Positions 38,752-51,569 of a DNA stretch of 64,000 nucleotides are shown piece by piece (the first letter of the stretch is position 1; every line of letters begins with the position of its first letter). Source of the DNA: the human T2T-CHM13v2.0 reference genome, Homo sapiens. Location: the NCBI RefSeq assembly GCF_009914755.1, contig NC_060928.1; one strand, written 5' to 3'. A program made the translations under genes and the position numbers. The notes under the pieces are model-generated. The model had not been told where the DNA came from. It made no database searches and worked only from the letters and a program-made list of their open reading frames with translations.

Positions 38752-41310
38752 TTACACTAGAGTAAGCAGCAGCACCAGAGCACGCACAGACCAGAAGCTG
38801 TGAGGAAAGGGGTGCGCTGGACAGGGACAGAGGGAGCCCCAGGTGGACGGACAGAAGATTTCGCCTTCTATTCTATTGACCTGTAGGCCAGGCTTCCCTG
38901 CGTCTCCAGATGGTGGCCCTCGTGAGTACATTTCCTCATATTTGCGTCCTAGACCACACCCAATAAATACAGTGACTTTTGCTCATACACTCAATGAGTT
39001 CATTAAACTGTCACTTCCCAATATTTGAAATGAGACAGCCCATAGCAGTCAAGATGAGAGAAAGGTAAAATTTGTGCCATTTATTTAGGAATTTCAGATA
39101 AATTGTCATAAAAGCAAATACTTTAAAAATTGGTTGTATTCATCCAAATTAAAGTTACAAAGGCAAATTTATTTTCCCACAGATCACTTTCAATTAGCGT
39201 TGAAACATTTAAATTCCTAAGAGGTGTATTTTAATAAATTATTTAGCTCAAAATGTTTAATGCTTTAAAAGCATCTATAATATGTGAAATTCTGTTCCAA
39301 ATCAAACTGTCATTGTAACAGCACATTTGTTCCCAGAGTGTCATGATGACAAACTGGCCTAATATGGATTTATTTTTAAAAGAGCTTAAAAATGAAATCA
39401 CAAATGATGTCATAAATTTCTTTCATGGCTCGAATACCCTGCTTCATTTATTTTATAGTAATTATGTTGCATTACAATTCAAGCAATTACATTAATTAGA
39501 TCATTGATTCTTTGAATTAATCCCATTTTACAAATCTTGGTGAAAATTAATTAAGCCACAGACTCCCCACAGGTGCGGCTGTCAGGTAGCTCACATAAAG
39601 CTTTAGCACCAGTGTTCATGTGTGCCTGGGGGGTGTGTGGTGTCTGGGCGGAGAAGGAAAAAGGGAATTTCCTTTTTTCTTTTATGAACTTCACCAGATA
39701 AGAGTCATTAAATCATCTAATTATAATTATACACATTATAAGTTCATCTATTCCATTCTCAAATCTATGTAACTCCAGACATATGGACAATCTACCCATT
39801 TTTACAGATATCCAGGACTGTATGCAACAAGCTTAATAATGCATTCTGAAATGTAAAATAATGTCTGTTCATGGGTAAGAATTTCTTCTCTGTTGAATAT
39901 AGTTCCAATCCTTACTGTGGCAGAATCATAGAATCATAGGATGTTAAAATTGAGAGATGGGTTAATGATCTCCCTGGATAATTCCTACTTTTTAAAGATG
40001 AGAAAACAAAAATATAGAGTTAAATTGGATGAAGTCGTACGACTACTTAGTGAAAGAGTCAGGATTATACCAATGCTATGAACTGGTGAGTGTTGTTCAA
40101 TGTTATTTCCCTGAGAAAGCTCCTGTGCTCCTACAGATACGAGACTCAGAAACTGGGCCCTGTGGCTACGTCCTGGCTTACAGCCTCTCCAGGCACAATT
40201 CTGAAGAAGCGTATTTGAACTAGAACATTCTAAAGAGAAGATGGGGGAGGAAAACACCTAAGTCAGTATGCTGGCAACAAGACGAACAGCGATCAGCCTT
40301 GTGGTGATTAAAGGCACCAACTATAAAATGCACAGTCAATATTTGTTCCCAGGAATAAAACCTTAAAGTGGAAGTGAAATATGGCACAGATATGAATAAA
40401 ATAAGGTAACAGACAACTAAAATGTCAGCTTGCTGGGAGTACCTTCCTCAGAACTAGTCCTGTGAGTCCCTTCTGGGAATGACACAGCAGCACGACGTTG
40501 CTTTTCTGTTTATCGCGATTATGTCTCTACTTCTCCCCATCTCCCACAGCCCCAGCTATCACCTCGGTGAGGACACTGCCTGTCTTAGATATCTTCTCCC
40601 TCCACCTTGAACAGTACCTGGCCGAGGGTTAATCGATGCACAGTGGGTTTATATTGTGTCAACTTCGCGAAGCTGAAAAGACTTTTCCTTGCACCGCTCC
40701 GGGTTAGTGTTCCCCACAAGAGGCAATTGCGTGAGATTTTGAAGGCGGAAGTGCAGCAGTAGCTTGCTCTCTGCCCTCAGTATGTCTGTGTCAAGTGCCA
40801 GACGCCACCACAAGCTCGGCACTCCGAGTCTCATCTGCTGCCCTGCAGGGGGTGGGTGACGGCAGTGTGCTCACAGCTTCTCCAGCTCCTGCTCACCTCC
40901 TCCTGGCTTGAGATTCGACCATCCTCCAGAGCTCCAGTCCCTCCTCCCAGGTTCTAGCTTCCCCTGCGTCCCCTCCTAACATCCAGCTTTCCTTCTTAAA
41001 TCCGTGGACTTTAGACAGCAGCACCAGACACAGAAGCGAAAACCTCAAATACGCTATTTAATCAGCTCACACAACTGCTCTAGCAATTTTACTTCTTGGA
41101 TTGATTGAACCCAGACTGATACAGAATTTGGTTCTGGAAGTGGACCAAGGAGAACCTTCAGGATGGTTTCTCTGTATTGGTTTTGGGTTACCTGCAGTCG
41201 ATTCTGTAATAGGACTAGCTTTAAAGTATTAGAAATCCTATTTCCAGTAGTTAAGGGACACTGGTAGTCACGGCCTGCAGGGGCAAAAGAATTCCTTAAA
41301 AGACCACCTG

Positions 41311-41615
<305 letters not shown>

Positions 41616-41813
41616 TCACCTTCCAAGGTGAAAACAATGTCATTGCATCACCCTCCAACCACTAAGATGAAAAACAAAATATACCAACCATACAAAGGGT
41701 TGGACGTATTAAACCAACCCATTTCCTGAGTGACTCAAAAAGCTGTCAGTGTTGACTGGAGCCCAGAACAAGGCCCTGAAGGCTGCTCAGCCACCTGATC
41801 CATCTGATCCAAT

Positions 41814-42190
41814 GGCTATGGTCTAAATGTGTCTCCCCCAAAATTTATGTGTTGACACTTAATCGCCAATGTGATAGTATTGAGATGTGGGGCCTTTAGG
41901 AAGCCATTAAATCATGAGGGTGGAGCCCTTACAGATAAGATTAGTGCCTTTATAAAAGAGGTGCCAGGGAGTTGTTCATCTCTCCACCATGTGAGGACTC
42001 AGCATTCATCTGCTCCAGAAGACACAGCAAGAAGGCACCATCCTGGAAGCAGACAGCAGCCCTCACCAGACTCCAAATCTGCCAGTGCCTAGATTTTGGG
42101 CTTCCCAGCCTCCAGAACTGTGAGAAACACATTTCAGTTATTTACAACTTCCCAGTCTACATTGTTATAACAGCAGGAACAGATTAAGAC
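41814..42190 (+). mobile_element. MLT1A/MST-type MaLR solo LTR
   Basis: gctatggtctaaatgtgtc...cccagcctccagaactgtgagaaa...gattaagaca. Confidence 0.85.
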
Positions 42191-42215
42191 ACCAATGGGG
42201 CTTGAATTGTTTATA

Positions 42216-42789
42216 GGGTTGTCCCTTGGTATCAGCAGGGACTGACTCCAGGATCTCCATAGACACCCAAATTCATGGATGCTTGTATTAGTCCATTCTC
42301 ATGCTGCTGATAAAGACATACTCGAGACTGGGCAATTACAAAAGAAAGAGGCTTAATGGACTTACAGTTCCACGTGGCTGGGGAAGCCTCACAATCATGG
42401 TGGAAGGCAAAGAAGAGCAAGTCACATCTTACGTGGATGGCAGCAGGCAAAGAGAGAGCTTGTGCAGGGAAACTCCCCCTTATAGAACCATCAGATCTTG
42501 TGAGGCTTATTCACTATCTCGAGAACAGCATGGGAAAGACCTGCCCCTGTGATTCAATTACCTCCCACCAGGTCCCTGACAACCCATGGTAATTCAAAAT
42601 GAGATTTGAGTAGGGACACAGCCAAACCGCATCAATGCTCAAGTCCCACAGTTGGCCCTGCAGACCCTGTGAATATGTGAAGTTGGCCCTCTATGTCTTT
42701 GAGTTCCACATCCCTCAAATATTGTATTTTCAATCCATGATTGGTTGAATCCCTGGATGTGGAACCCATGGATATGGAGGGACCACTGC
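42216..42789 (+). mobile_element. Tigger4/Zombi-like DNA transposon split by a THE1 LTR
   Basis: TIR-like ends gttgtcccttggtatc ... gatatggagggaccactg; ggatgct|caagtccc rejoins across the insert. Confidence 0.7.
42284..42634 (-). mobile_element. THE1-type MaLR solo LTR
   Basis: tgtattagtccattctcatgctgctgataaagacata ... gggacacagccaaaccgcatca; 5-bp TSD atgct at 42279 and 42635. Confidence 0.92.
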
Positions 42790-42980
42790 ATGTTAATAGG
42801 AAGGCTGTAAGGAGGCCTTAGCAGGCACATTCAGATGACTCATTACACAGACCCTTAGTACTTTGCAGCAAATCTGTGCTCTCCTTTGCAGATACCGTTT
42901 TTTACTTCCTACTTGGCCTTAGTAGAGTCTGAATGCTCGAACATGGACCCCCAAGTGACCATGTGATCTGAAAGCTGTCT

Positions 42981-43364
42981 GAAGGACCAGGTGCTGTCTA
43001 TCTGAAGGACCAGGTGCTGTCTGTCTGAAGGACCAGGTGCTGTCTGACTGACTGAAGGACCAGGTGCTGTCTGTCTGAAGGACCAGGTGCTGTCTGACTG
43101 ACTGAAGGACCAGGTGCTGTCTGTCTGAAGGACCAGGTGCTGTCTGACTGAAGGAAGGACCAGGTGCTGTCTGACTGAAGGACCAGGTGCTGTCTGACTG
43201 AAGGACCAGGTGCTGTCTGACTGAAGGAAGGACCAGGTGCTGTCTGACTGAAGGAAGGACCAGGTGCTGTCTGACTGAAGGACCAGGTGCTGTCTGACTG
43301 AAGGACCAGGTGCTGTCTGACTGAAGGACCAGGTGCTGTCTGTCTGAAGGACCAGGTGCTGTCT
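42981..43364. repeat. VNTR, 16 copies of 23/27-bp units
   Basis: Invariant 19-bp core gaaggaccaggtgctgtct plus a 4- or 8-nt linker (atct, gtct, gact, gactgact, gactgaag). Confidence 0.97.
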
Positions 43365-43831
43365 GACCCACCAAATCACCAAATCACAAAGTTGCCCATC
43401 ACAGCATCAAACAGAAGCCGCACATCCAAGATCTGGCTCCGGCAGCTCCTGAAGGCACAGGGAAGATGCAAGAGCAAGTGGCTCAGAGGCCACAGCCCGC
43501 GTTCCCACCACCCTGCCTCCATTCCCTCAGCATGCTCCTATGGCCTCATGAGGACGTGCCCCTGACCAGCTGAATAAGAAAGAAAAAAACCTTCTTGCCT
43601 GGTTTCCACATGGCTTTTCATGACCTACTGACACTACCTGAAATTGGATGGTTGCAGCACTACAGACCCAATTCAGTACAGCCCTGAAAAACAAGGATGG
43701 AGGAAGACCCTCCCAGGAAACAGAACTTTGAGCAATGCTTCAAACTGGTTGTTCATTTTTCCTGGAAGGAGAGAGGGCCACAGGTTTAGATCTGCACTGA
43801 TTAATGGGCAGTGGCTAATGGTCAGCTAGAC

Positions 43832-44301
43832 CAGGGGTCCCCAACCTGATGGGGACAGTAGCTAATGGTCAGCTAGATTCATGGGCAGTGGCTAATGGTC
43901 AGCTCGATCAGGTTGGAGACGGCTGATCTAGCTGACCATTAGCCACTGATCTAGCTGACCATTAGCCACTGCTCTAGCTGACCATTAGCCACAGACTGGG
44001 TCCGTGACCTGTTAGGAACCAGGCTGCACAGCAGGAGGTGAGCAGCATATGAGCAAGCATTACCGCCTAAGCTCCCCCTCCTGTCAGCTCAGCTGTGGTA
44101 TCACATTCTCATAGGAGTGCAAACCCTATCGTGAACTCCATGTGAGGGATCTAGGCTACACCCTCCTTATGAGAATCTAACTAATGCCTGATGATTTGAG
44201 GTGGGACAGTTTCATCCCGAAACCATTCCCCCACCCTGTCCTGTGGAAAAATTGTCTTCCATGAAACCAGTCCCTGGTGCCAAAAAGGTTAGGGACCACT
44301 G
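43832..44301 (+). mobile_element. MER1B-like hAT transposon with a rearranged 5' interior
   Basis: TIRs caggggtccccaacc / ggttagggaccactg; 8-bp TSD agctagac (43824) / agctagat (44302). Confidence 0.88.
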
Positions 44302-45275
44302 AGCTAGATGGGCAACGATTTGGAAGAAACATAATTAGAAAACCGGTTATGGGGCTCTGGGGAAGACGTAGCACACAGACCTCTCAGAATGGACACTTGG
44401 TGTGAAGATATTTGTGTCTTGATGATGCAACCTGTGTATATCAGTTAATCTGTCTTTGGCCACCAGTCCTTGACCAATGGGCTCACAAAGTTGTCATGGC
44501 AGCAAGGATAGAAGTTATTCATGAGCTCAGCATCAGATTACTCCTCATGAAAACTGATCTGGATGCAGCCACTGCTGCACTGCTGAATGTCCAGCCTGCC
44601 AAGAGTGGAGATAACACCAGCGGAGCACCATTCCCTGGGAAAATCAGCCAGACGCTGCTGGTAGGTGGATTACATACCACTTCCATCATCAAAGGGAGCA
44701 GTGGTTTGTTCTGGCTGGAACAGAGGCATACTCTGAATATGGATGTGCCTTTCCTACCTTTTCAGGCCCTTAAATCTTCCAGCAACCTAACACCCACGGA
44801 CGTACAGGACGCCTTCTCCACCGTGATGGTATTCCTCATGGCGTTGCTTTTGACTAAGGAATTCCTCTGACAGCAAATGAAGTATAGCAATGGGGCCATG
44901 TCCTGGGAATTCACTGCCCTTACCAGGTTTCCCATCTCAAAACAGCTGACCTGATATGTTGGTGGAATGGCTTTTGAAGGTTCAGTTTCAGCACCAGGCG
45001 GGTGAGCCTAGGGTACAGATCCCTATCATGTGGCACCTGCTCTAAATCAGTGATTAACATAGAATGTTGTTCATCCCATGGCCAGGATTCATGGATCAGA
45101 AAATCAAGGGTGAAAATGGCAGCTCATCCTCTCATATTACCCTGGTGATACCCTAGCAAAATGTTTGCTTCCTTTCTGTGAAACTTTAGGTTCTGTTGGT
45201 CTAAAGTCTTAGTTCCCAAGGGAGCAATGCTTCCACCAGGAGATACCCCTTTGGTTTCATTAAACTGGAAATTGA

Positions 45276-45552
45276 GGCTAGGCACAGATCCTGGCACTTT
45301 GGGAGGCTGGAGTGAGTGGATCACTTGAGCCCAGGGGTTCAAGACCTGCCTGAGCAACATGGTGAAACTCCATCTCTACAAAAAATAAATTAGCCAGGCG
45401 TGCAGGTGCATGTCTGTATTCCCAGTTACTCGGGAGGCTAAGGTGGGAGAATCACTTGAGCCCAAGAGTTCAAGGCTGCAGGGAGCCATGATGGCACCAC
45501 TGAACTCCAGCTCAGGCGACAGAGCAAGATCCTGTCTCAAAGAAAAGAAAAC
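45276..45552 (+). mobile_element. AluJ
   Basis: Diverged dimer with ggatcacttgagcccagg. Confidence 0.88.
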
Positions 45553-46461
45553 CAGAAAACTGGAGGTTGAGAGTGCCACCTGCTATTTGGGGCTCCTCAT
45601 TCTAGTGAATCCATAGACAAGGAGGGGGGTTACTGTGCTTACCGTGTTTAGTCCTGATCATCAAGGGGAAACTGGGTTATGATTGCACAGTAAGAGCAAG
45701 GAAGTATAGATCTGGCATGCCAGAAATCCCTCGCGTGTCTCAGTACTCCCATGCCCTGGGATTGAAGCCAATGGGAAACCAAAATAACCCAATACAGGCA
45801 GGAATGCCAGTGTCCCAGAGTGTTAGGAATGAAGGCTTCAGCCACCAGAACATGCAAAGAGCCAGAGGGCAGAGGAAATGAGGAGGGAATGGTAGTTCCA
45901 AATACCCACTGTGGCCACCTGGCCAACTGCAGAAGTGAGGGCTAAAATAATTATGAGTATTTCCTGCTTGCTTTAGCATGAACAATTTGTGAATATAGTA
46001 ATAACTTTGTGTCTCTTTCCCTCTGCTATTCCCCTACCATCTCATATAAGATGTGTTAATAGTGAACCTTGTATCTCAGAATGTAAGTTATAGGATATCA
46101 AATGGGGAATGTGACTCAACTAGAATAATAAAAATGATGTAAAGTTGCATAAAGAGACCGTATTTTCTTTTACAAAGAGGGTTAATGTATTTTCAATTTT
46201 ACACGGGATAGTTGCTTTGTTAGATGGAAGCATAATTTTGATGTTTCCTTTATTTCGAAGTTAAATATGGTTAAAAGATATAGCTAGAACCCAAGTTGTC
46301 AAGGGGTGGACTGTGTTGAATTAGTATTGTGTCAACTTAGCTAAATTGGAACTATGCTCCCTAGAATTCTGTTTTCTGCATAATTATAGGATAGCCTCAC
46401 CCACAGAAGAATTTTGTATAAGATTTGGAAGGTGGAAATGAAGCAGCAGCTATTTTTTTCA

Positions 46462-46764
<303 letters not shown>

Positions 46765-48429
46765 TGCAGCAGCCATTTGTGTAATGCTTTTTTATGCTAG
46801 ATATGCCGTTATTAACTAGTAAAAGCCTTAACTAAGTAAATCTACAGGATCTTCCTATCCTGGGCCAGACTCTTACCTTTTATCAGTCATTTCTGCTCTT
46901 TTTTAGAAATCCCACACTGCAATCCTCAGGCTGATTTGCATTTGAATGAATACTTCTGCATCACTTTGCTTTTTTGTGAATTACACAGAAATCTATCAAC
47001 CTATCTGACACTGTGCAAAGTGTGGACCCTGTGTCTGAAGTTTTCATGAACAATGAAAATGTGTATTTCTGAAAAACGTCTGTTTCTACAGCTCTAGCCA
47101 TCTTTTTCCTCATTTGATAATCTCCAAATCTGTGCAATGATTAACCCTGCGGACACTTTCTTTCCTTCTGCGTGTGGGTTAGCAGGGCCCATTACCACAG
47201 CAAGCCTGGGCTCCAGGCGGCTTCTGCTCATCCTCTGTCTTTCAGAGGTGTTGTCGTAGACGCTGCTGGCGCATTTCTCCCCAAAGTGTCTGTGAGTTCT
47301 GGGAGCCTTCATTTGGCAAGGACTGGATCCTTCCCCAGAGACTGCCTTCACTGATCACAGAGCCACTGAATGGGGTACAAACGACCAGTCCCTTTGCCTC
47401 AAGTAATGGCAACTCCACTGGATTTACGCCCAGAGGCCCCAACTTATGGATGAGGCCAAGTCTCAGCTTTCCCTGAGACCCCATCCCTCCCTGACCCTTT
47501 CCCCTGCCCTGATCTGCTCTCCTCTCTTTCTTACAAGCTCCCCCTGAGAGTGCTCCCTCAGCAAAGCACGAGTACCAAGCCTCTGTCTCAGGTTCTGTTT
47601 CTAGCAAACCTGAAATAGACCTTCAGCTCTATGATGAGGTTGGGTGGTTTCCTAAAGAGGTCACTGGCTTCTAGATAGAAAAAAAGAGCTACTTACTATG
47701 GTGTCTTACAGACACGAGCCAACCATACCGGGTAGGAGTTACAGGCTGTAGCTGCCCACCGGCACTGCTCTTCCATGCTTCCAACCTCACTACGTGTGCA
47801 TCTGCTTCCAATATTGAGGCAACATGAAAACACACACATTCGCACAGCCGTCTGTCTCCCTCTGAGACTCAGGTCCTCACTGTGGACATGAACCTTCACA
47901 TTCTCACGGTGAGCACAGAGCCTGGCCCATATTAGGTGCTCGGAAATAATTTGCTGATTGAATTAACGCACCCTTTGGCCTCTGAACTACTCCCTCAGAA
48001 AAGCAGAAATTACTTGCTCTTCCTGCTCATATCCACTAAGATGTTGGTTTTTCCCAGCAGGTCAATATTCACTCCTTCTTTCATTTCAGCCTGGACTTTA
48101 ACCACGTGGAAAGCAAGATTAGAGGCCCCCTGAATAGTACTGTTCACGAAGACTAAAAGGAACTGAGTGTGCCTGAGCTTAAGCATCACGAAGACCAGTA
48201 ATAAAGAACTATTTACAAACTTGGTTTGTATTTTTTAAAATTGCACGTGCATACATGTTACCTGTATGATAAGAGAAAGCTGAGCTACCGCAGGTGTGTA
48301 GGGAATATTCTCTGGCAGTACAAGGGAAAGGGAAGGGCTTTACTTCGAGGCATCAAAGCACACAGTCCATGTTTTAGATTCTTAAATGTAAAGAGACTAT
48401 ACCTTAGAAAAGTGTCTTTTCAGATTACT

Positions 48430-48590
48430 AGAGGCAGTGTGCACCATGAGTGTGGAAACAAAAGCCGGATTCAGATCCCAGCCACGCCACTTGCTAACGT
48501 GACCTCAGGTAAGTCACAGCTTCCCACAGCCTCAGTCTCTTAATATGCAATAAATCAAGCTGCTTAGGGCCGTGGTGAGGATTTGAGGGC
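48430..48590 (+). mobile_element. MIR SINE
   Basis: ccacttgctaacgtgacctcaggtaagtcac...gcctcagtctct...gtggtgaggatt. Confidence 0.6.
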
Positions 48591-48964
48591 GTGTGGCCCA
48601 TCTTCCTTTGCAGGATTATTCACTCATGTCTTATTTCTGTTCCCCTGTGATGGAAACCACACGTCTTGCTTCACGGAAGGTTCCTCCCTGGCACACAGTC
48701 CTGGCTAGGGAGGATCCTCCCTGATCCCTGCAATGGAACAGGGGTCTCTCCATAGCCGATGAGCCTCCTCTCATCCCCCACCCCTCCTGCCGTCGGCCTC
48801 ACTGCTCCCCTCCCCCTTCCACACACGGCTCTCCACAGCACACATGACAGTGCATCACCCCGCAATGCCCAGGCTTCAATAGCCCTGCAGTATTCAGTGA
48901 CATACTTGGTGACTCCTTCTCCCAGCCTTTAACTCCTTAAACTCCCCAAACTATAATACCCTCT

Positions 48965-50255
48965 TCATGTGACACGCCATCCACATCACACCCCATTAAC
49001 GGGATATGCTGTCCACACCACACCCTGTTCATGAGACACTCTGCTCACCTTGCACCCTGTTCATACAACAACACACCATCCGCCTCGCTCCCTGTTCATG
49101 CCACCCACATCACACCCTGTTCATGCCACCCACACCACACCTGTTCATACAACACACCATCCACACCACACCCTGTTCATACAACACACCATCCGCCTCG
49201 CTCCCTGTTCATGCCATCCACACCACACCCTGTTCATGGGACACACCGTCCACACCACACCCTGTTCATGGGACACACCGTCCACACCACACCCTGTTCG
49301 TGGGACACACCGTCCACACCACACCCTGTTCGTGGGACACACCGTCCACACCACACCCTGTTCGTGGGACACACCGTCCACACCACACCCTGTTCGTGGG
49401 ACACACCGTCCACACCACACCCTGTTCGTGGGACACACCGTCCACACCACACCCTGTTCGTGGGACACACCGTCCACACCACACCCTGTTCCTGGGACAC
49501 ACCGTCCACACCACACCCTGTTCCTGGGACACACCGTCCACACCACACCCTGTTCCTGGGACACACCGTCCACACCACACCCTGTTCCTGGGACACACCG
49601 TCCACACCACACCCTGTTCCTGGGACACACCGTCCACACCACACCCTGTTCGTGGGACACACCGTCCACACCACACCCTGTTCGTGGGACACACCGTCCA
49701 CACCACACCCTGTTCGTGGGACACACCGTCCACACCACACCCTGTTCGTGGGACACACCGTCCACACCACACCCTGTTCGTGGGACACACCGTCCACACC
49801 ACACCCTGTTCGTGGGACACACCGTCCTCACACCCTGTTCCTGGGACACACCGTCCTCCTCACACCCTGTTCATGGGACACACCATCCACACCACACCCT
49901 GTTCATGGGACACACCGTCCACACCACACCCTGTTCATGGGACACACCGTCCACACCACACCCTGTTCATGGGACACACCGTCCACACCACACCCTGTTC
50001 ATGGGACACACCGTCCACACCACACCCTGTTCGTGGGACACACCGTCCTCCTCACACCCTGTTCGTGGGACACACTGTCCACACCACACCCTGTTCGTGG
50101 GACACACTGTCCTCACACCCTGTTCATGGGACACACTGTCCTCCTCACACCCTGTTCCTGGGACATGCTGTACCCATCACACCCTGTTCCTGGGACACAC
50201 CGTCGTCCCACACCTGGTTCATGGTACTCGCGGTTGTCTGAACACCCTGTTCCAT
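48965..50255. repeat. 32-bp VNTR, about 31 core copies (49229-50200) plus degenerate flanking units
   Basis: Unit cctgttc(a/g/c)tgggacacaccgtccacaccacac; exact 32-nt periodicity from 49229 to 49805. Confidence 0.98.
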
Positions 50256-51289
50256 CTGAGCACCTCAGGGCTCCGTTGCCTCCTGGATTCCACGTGTCCT
50301 CCTGGCTCATTCCTCTCTCTCTCTATCCCACTCTGTCTCTAGTTCCCCACCTGTTCTCTAACTTGACTGTTGACTGCTGCTGTAGAGAAAACTAGTAGAC
50401 CTTGGCACTGCTTTCTATTATACACGGTATTGTACACTGTACACTTTACATTGTACACTGTATTGCATATACACTGTATATACAATACGAGAGACCGAAG
50501 GCACCTGAGGTGTCTTTAAGAAATCATACACATTCCTGCTTGTTCCCATCTGGATTTCAGTCAGTGTTAAAGGTGTAACATCCTGCAAATAATCCTGCTC
50601 ATTTTCTATGCCCAGTGACTGTCTTTTGAGAAGGGTGGTTTAGTGAGGCATTTGTAACTTGTAAAACATCCACAGTACAGCCTGACTGGTTCAGCCTTTC
50701 ACCCTTAAATGGAAGACGAATTACTGATACTGTACCTTTATTCGTCTTAGAGAATTTAGGATGAAACTTTAACAAAAACAAAATCATAATCCTTCAGCGA
50801 CATTAACAGGCAATCAAAAAAAAACTATATGAACTCTCTTTAGGGTAGGAGTCTTTTTTCCCTTAGGCACTTTTCCGAACCTTGAAGGACTCAGTGAAAA
50901 CCCCATCTTAAATAAACAGATTAACTGCACTAAATAATAACTCTAAATTGCTAAATCCAAAAGAGAGTTTTATTAAAAATGGTATAATCATAATAGAACC
51001 CTATTTATATATGAAAGTTAAATCAATGACAGGAAAATATGTTAACACTACAAAAGTATAAAATAATATTCTCATAAAAGTAACTTTTTAAAAGTTAAAA
51101 CTTTGACTCTATTTTTATGTACTTACAGAGTATTTAAAGACCTGTAAGTGTGAAATATTGCATTCTGCCTTAAAAATAAAAATATGTTTACACATCAGAA
51201 CTCTACACCAAGAATACTAACTAACAAAAGGAATTTATTCTGCTGCTGGGAATGTTATATTTAATTCATAATGCACTTTAAGTATACAG

Positions 51290-51435
51290 CAAGCCATTTA
51301 GTCCTTACAATATTAGTATTGTCCCAAATTAACAAGTGAGGAAACTGAGCAAATTAGGTCACTTGCCCTATGTCACACGCATGAGATGGCAAAGCCCGGG
51401 TTTTACTCCAGGCATCTGGTTCCAGAGGCCATGTG
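51290..51435 (-). mobile_element. MIR SINE
   Basis: gaggaaactgag...aggtcacttgccc...gtcacac. Confidence 0.6.
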
Positions 51436-51513
51436 TTTCAGAGGGACACATCCCAAAAAAAATGACCTATAATAGCACTAATCTTCCATAGATAAGGAAT
51501 GCTTAATCTATAA

Positions 51514-51515
<2 letters not shown>

Positions 51516-51568
<53 letters not shown>
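51516..51568. repeat. (TA)n microsatellite
   Basis: About 26 AT units. Confidence 0.97.

Positions 51569-51569
<1 letters not shown>

Noticed and set aside
42981-43364. CRISPR-like array (constant repeat with variable spacer)
   Set aside because: Spacers are only 4-8 nt and are themselves repeated, there are no cas genes, and the context is a eukaryotic intron. It is a VNTR.
49006-50395. ORFs of 411-454 aa on + and 184-234 aa on -
   Set aside because: They arise from a stop-free 32-bp tandem repeat; the peptides are periodic and show no gene structure.
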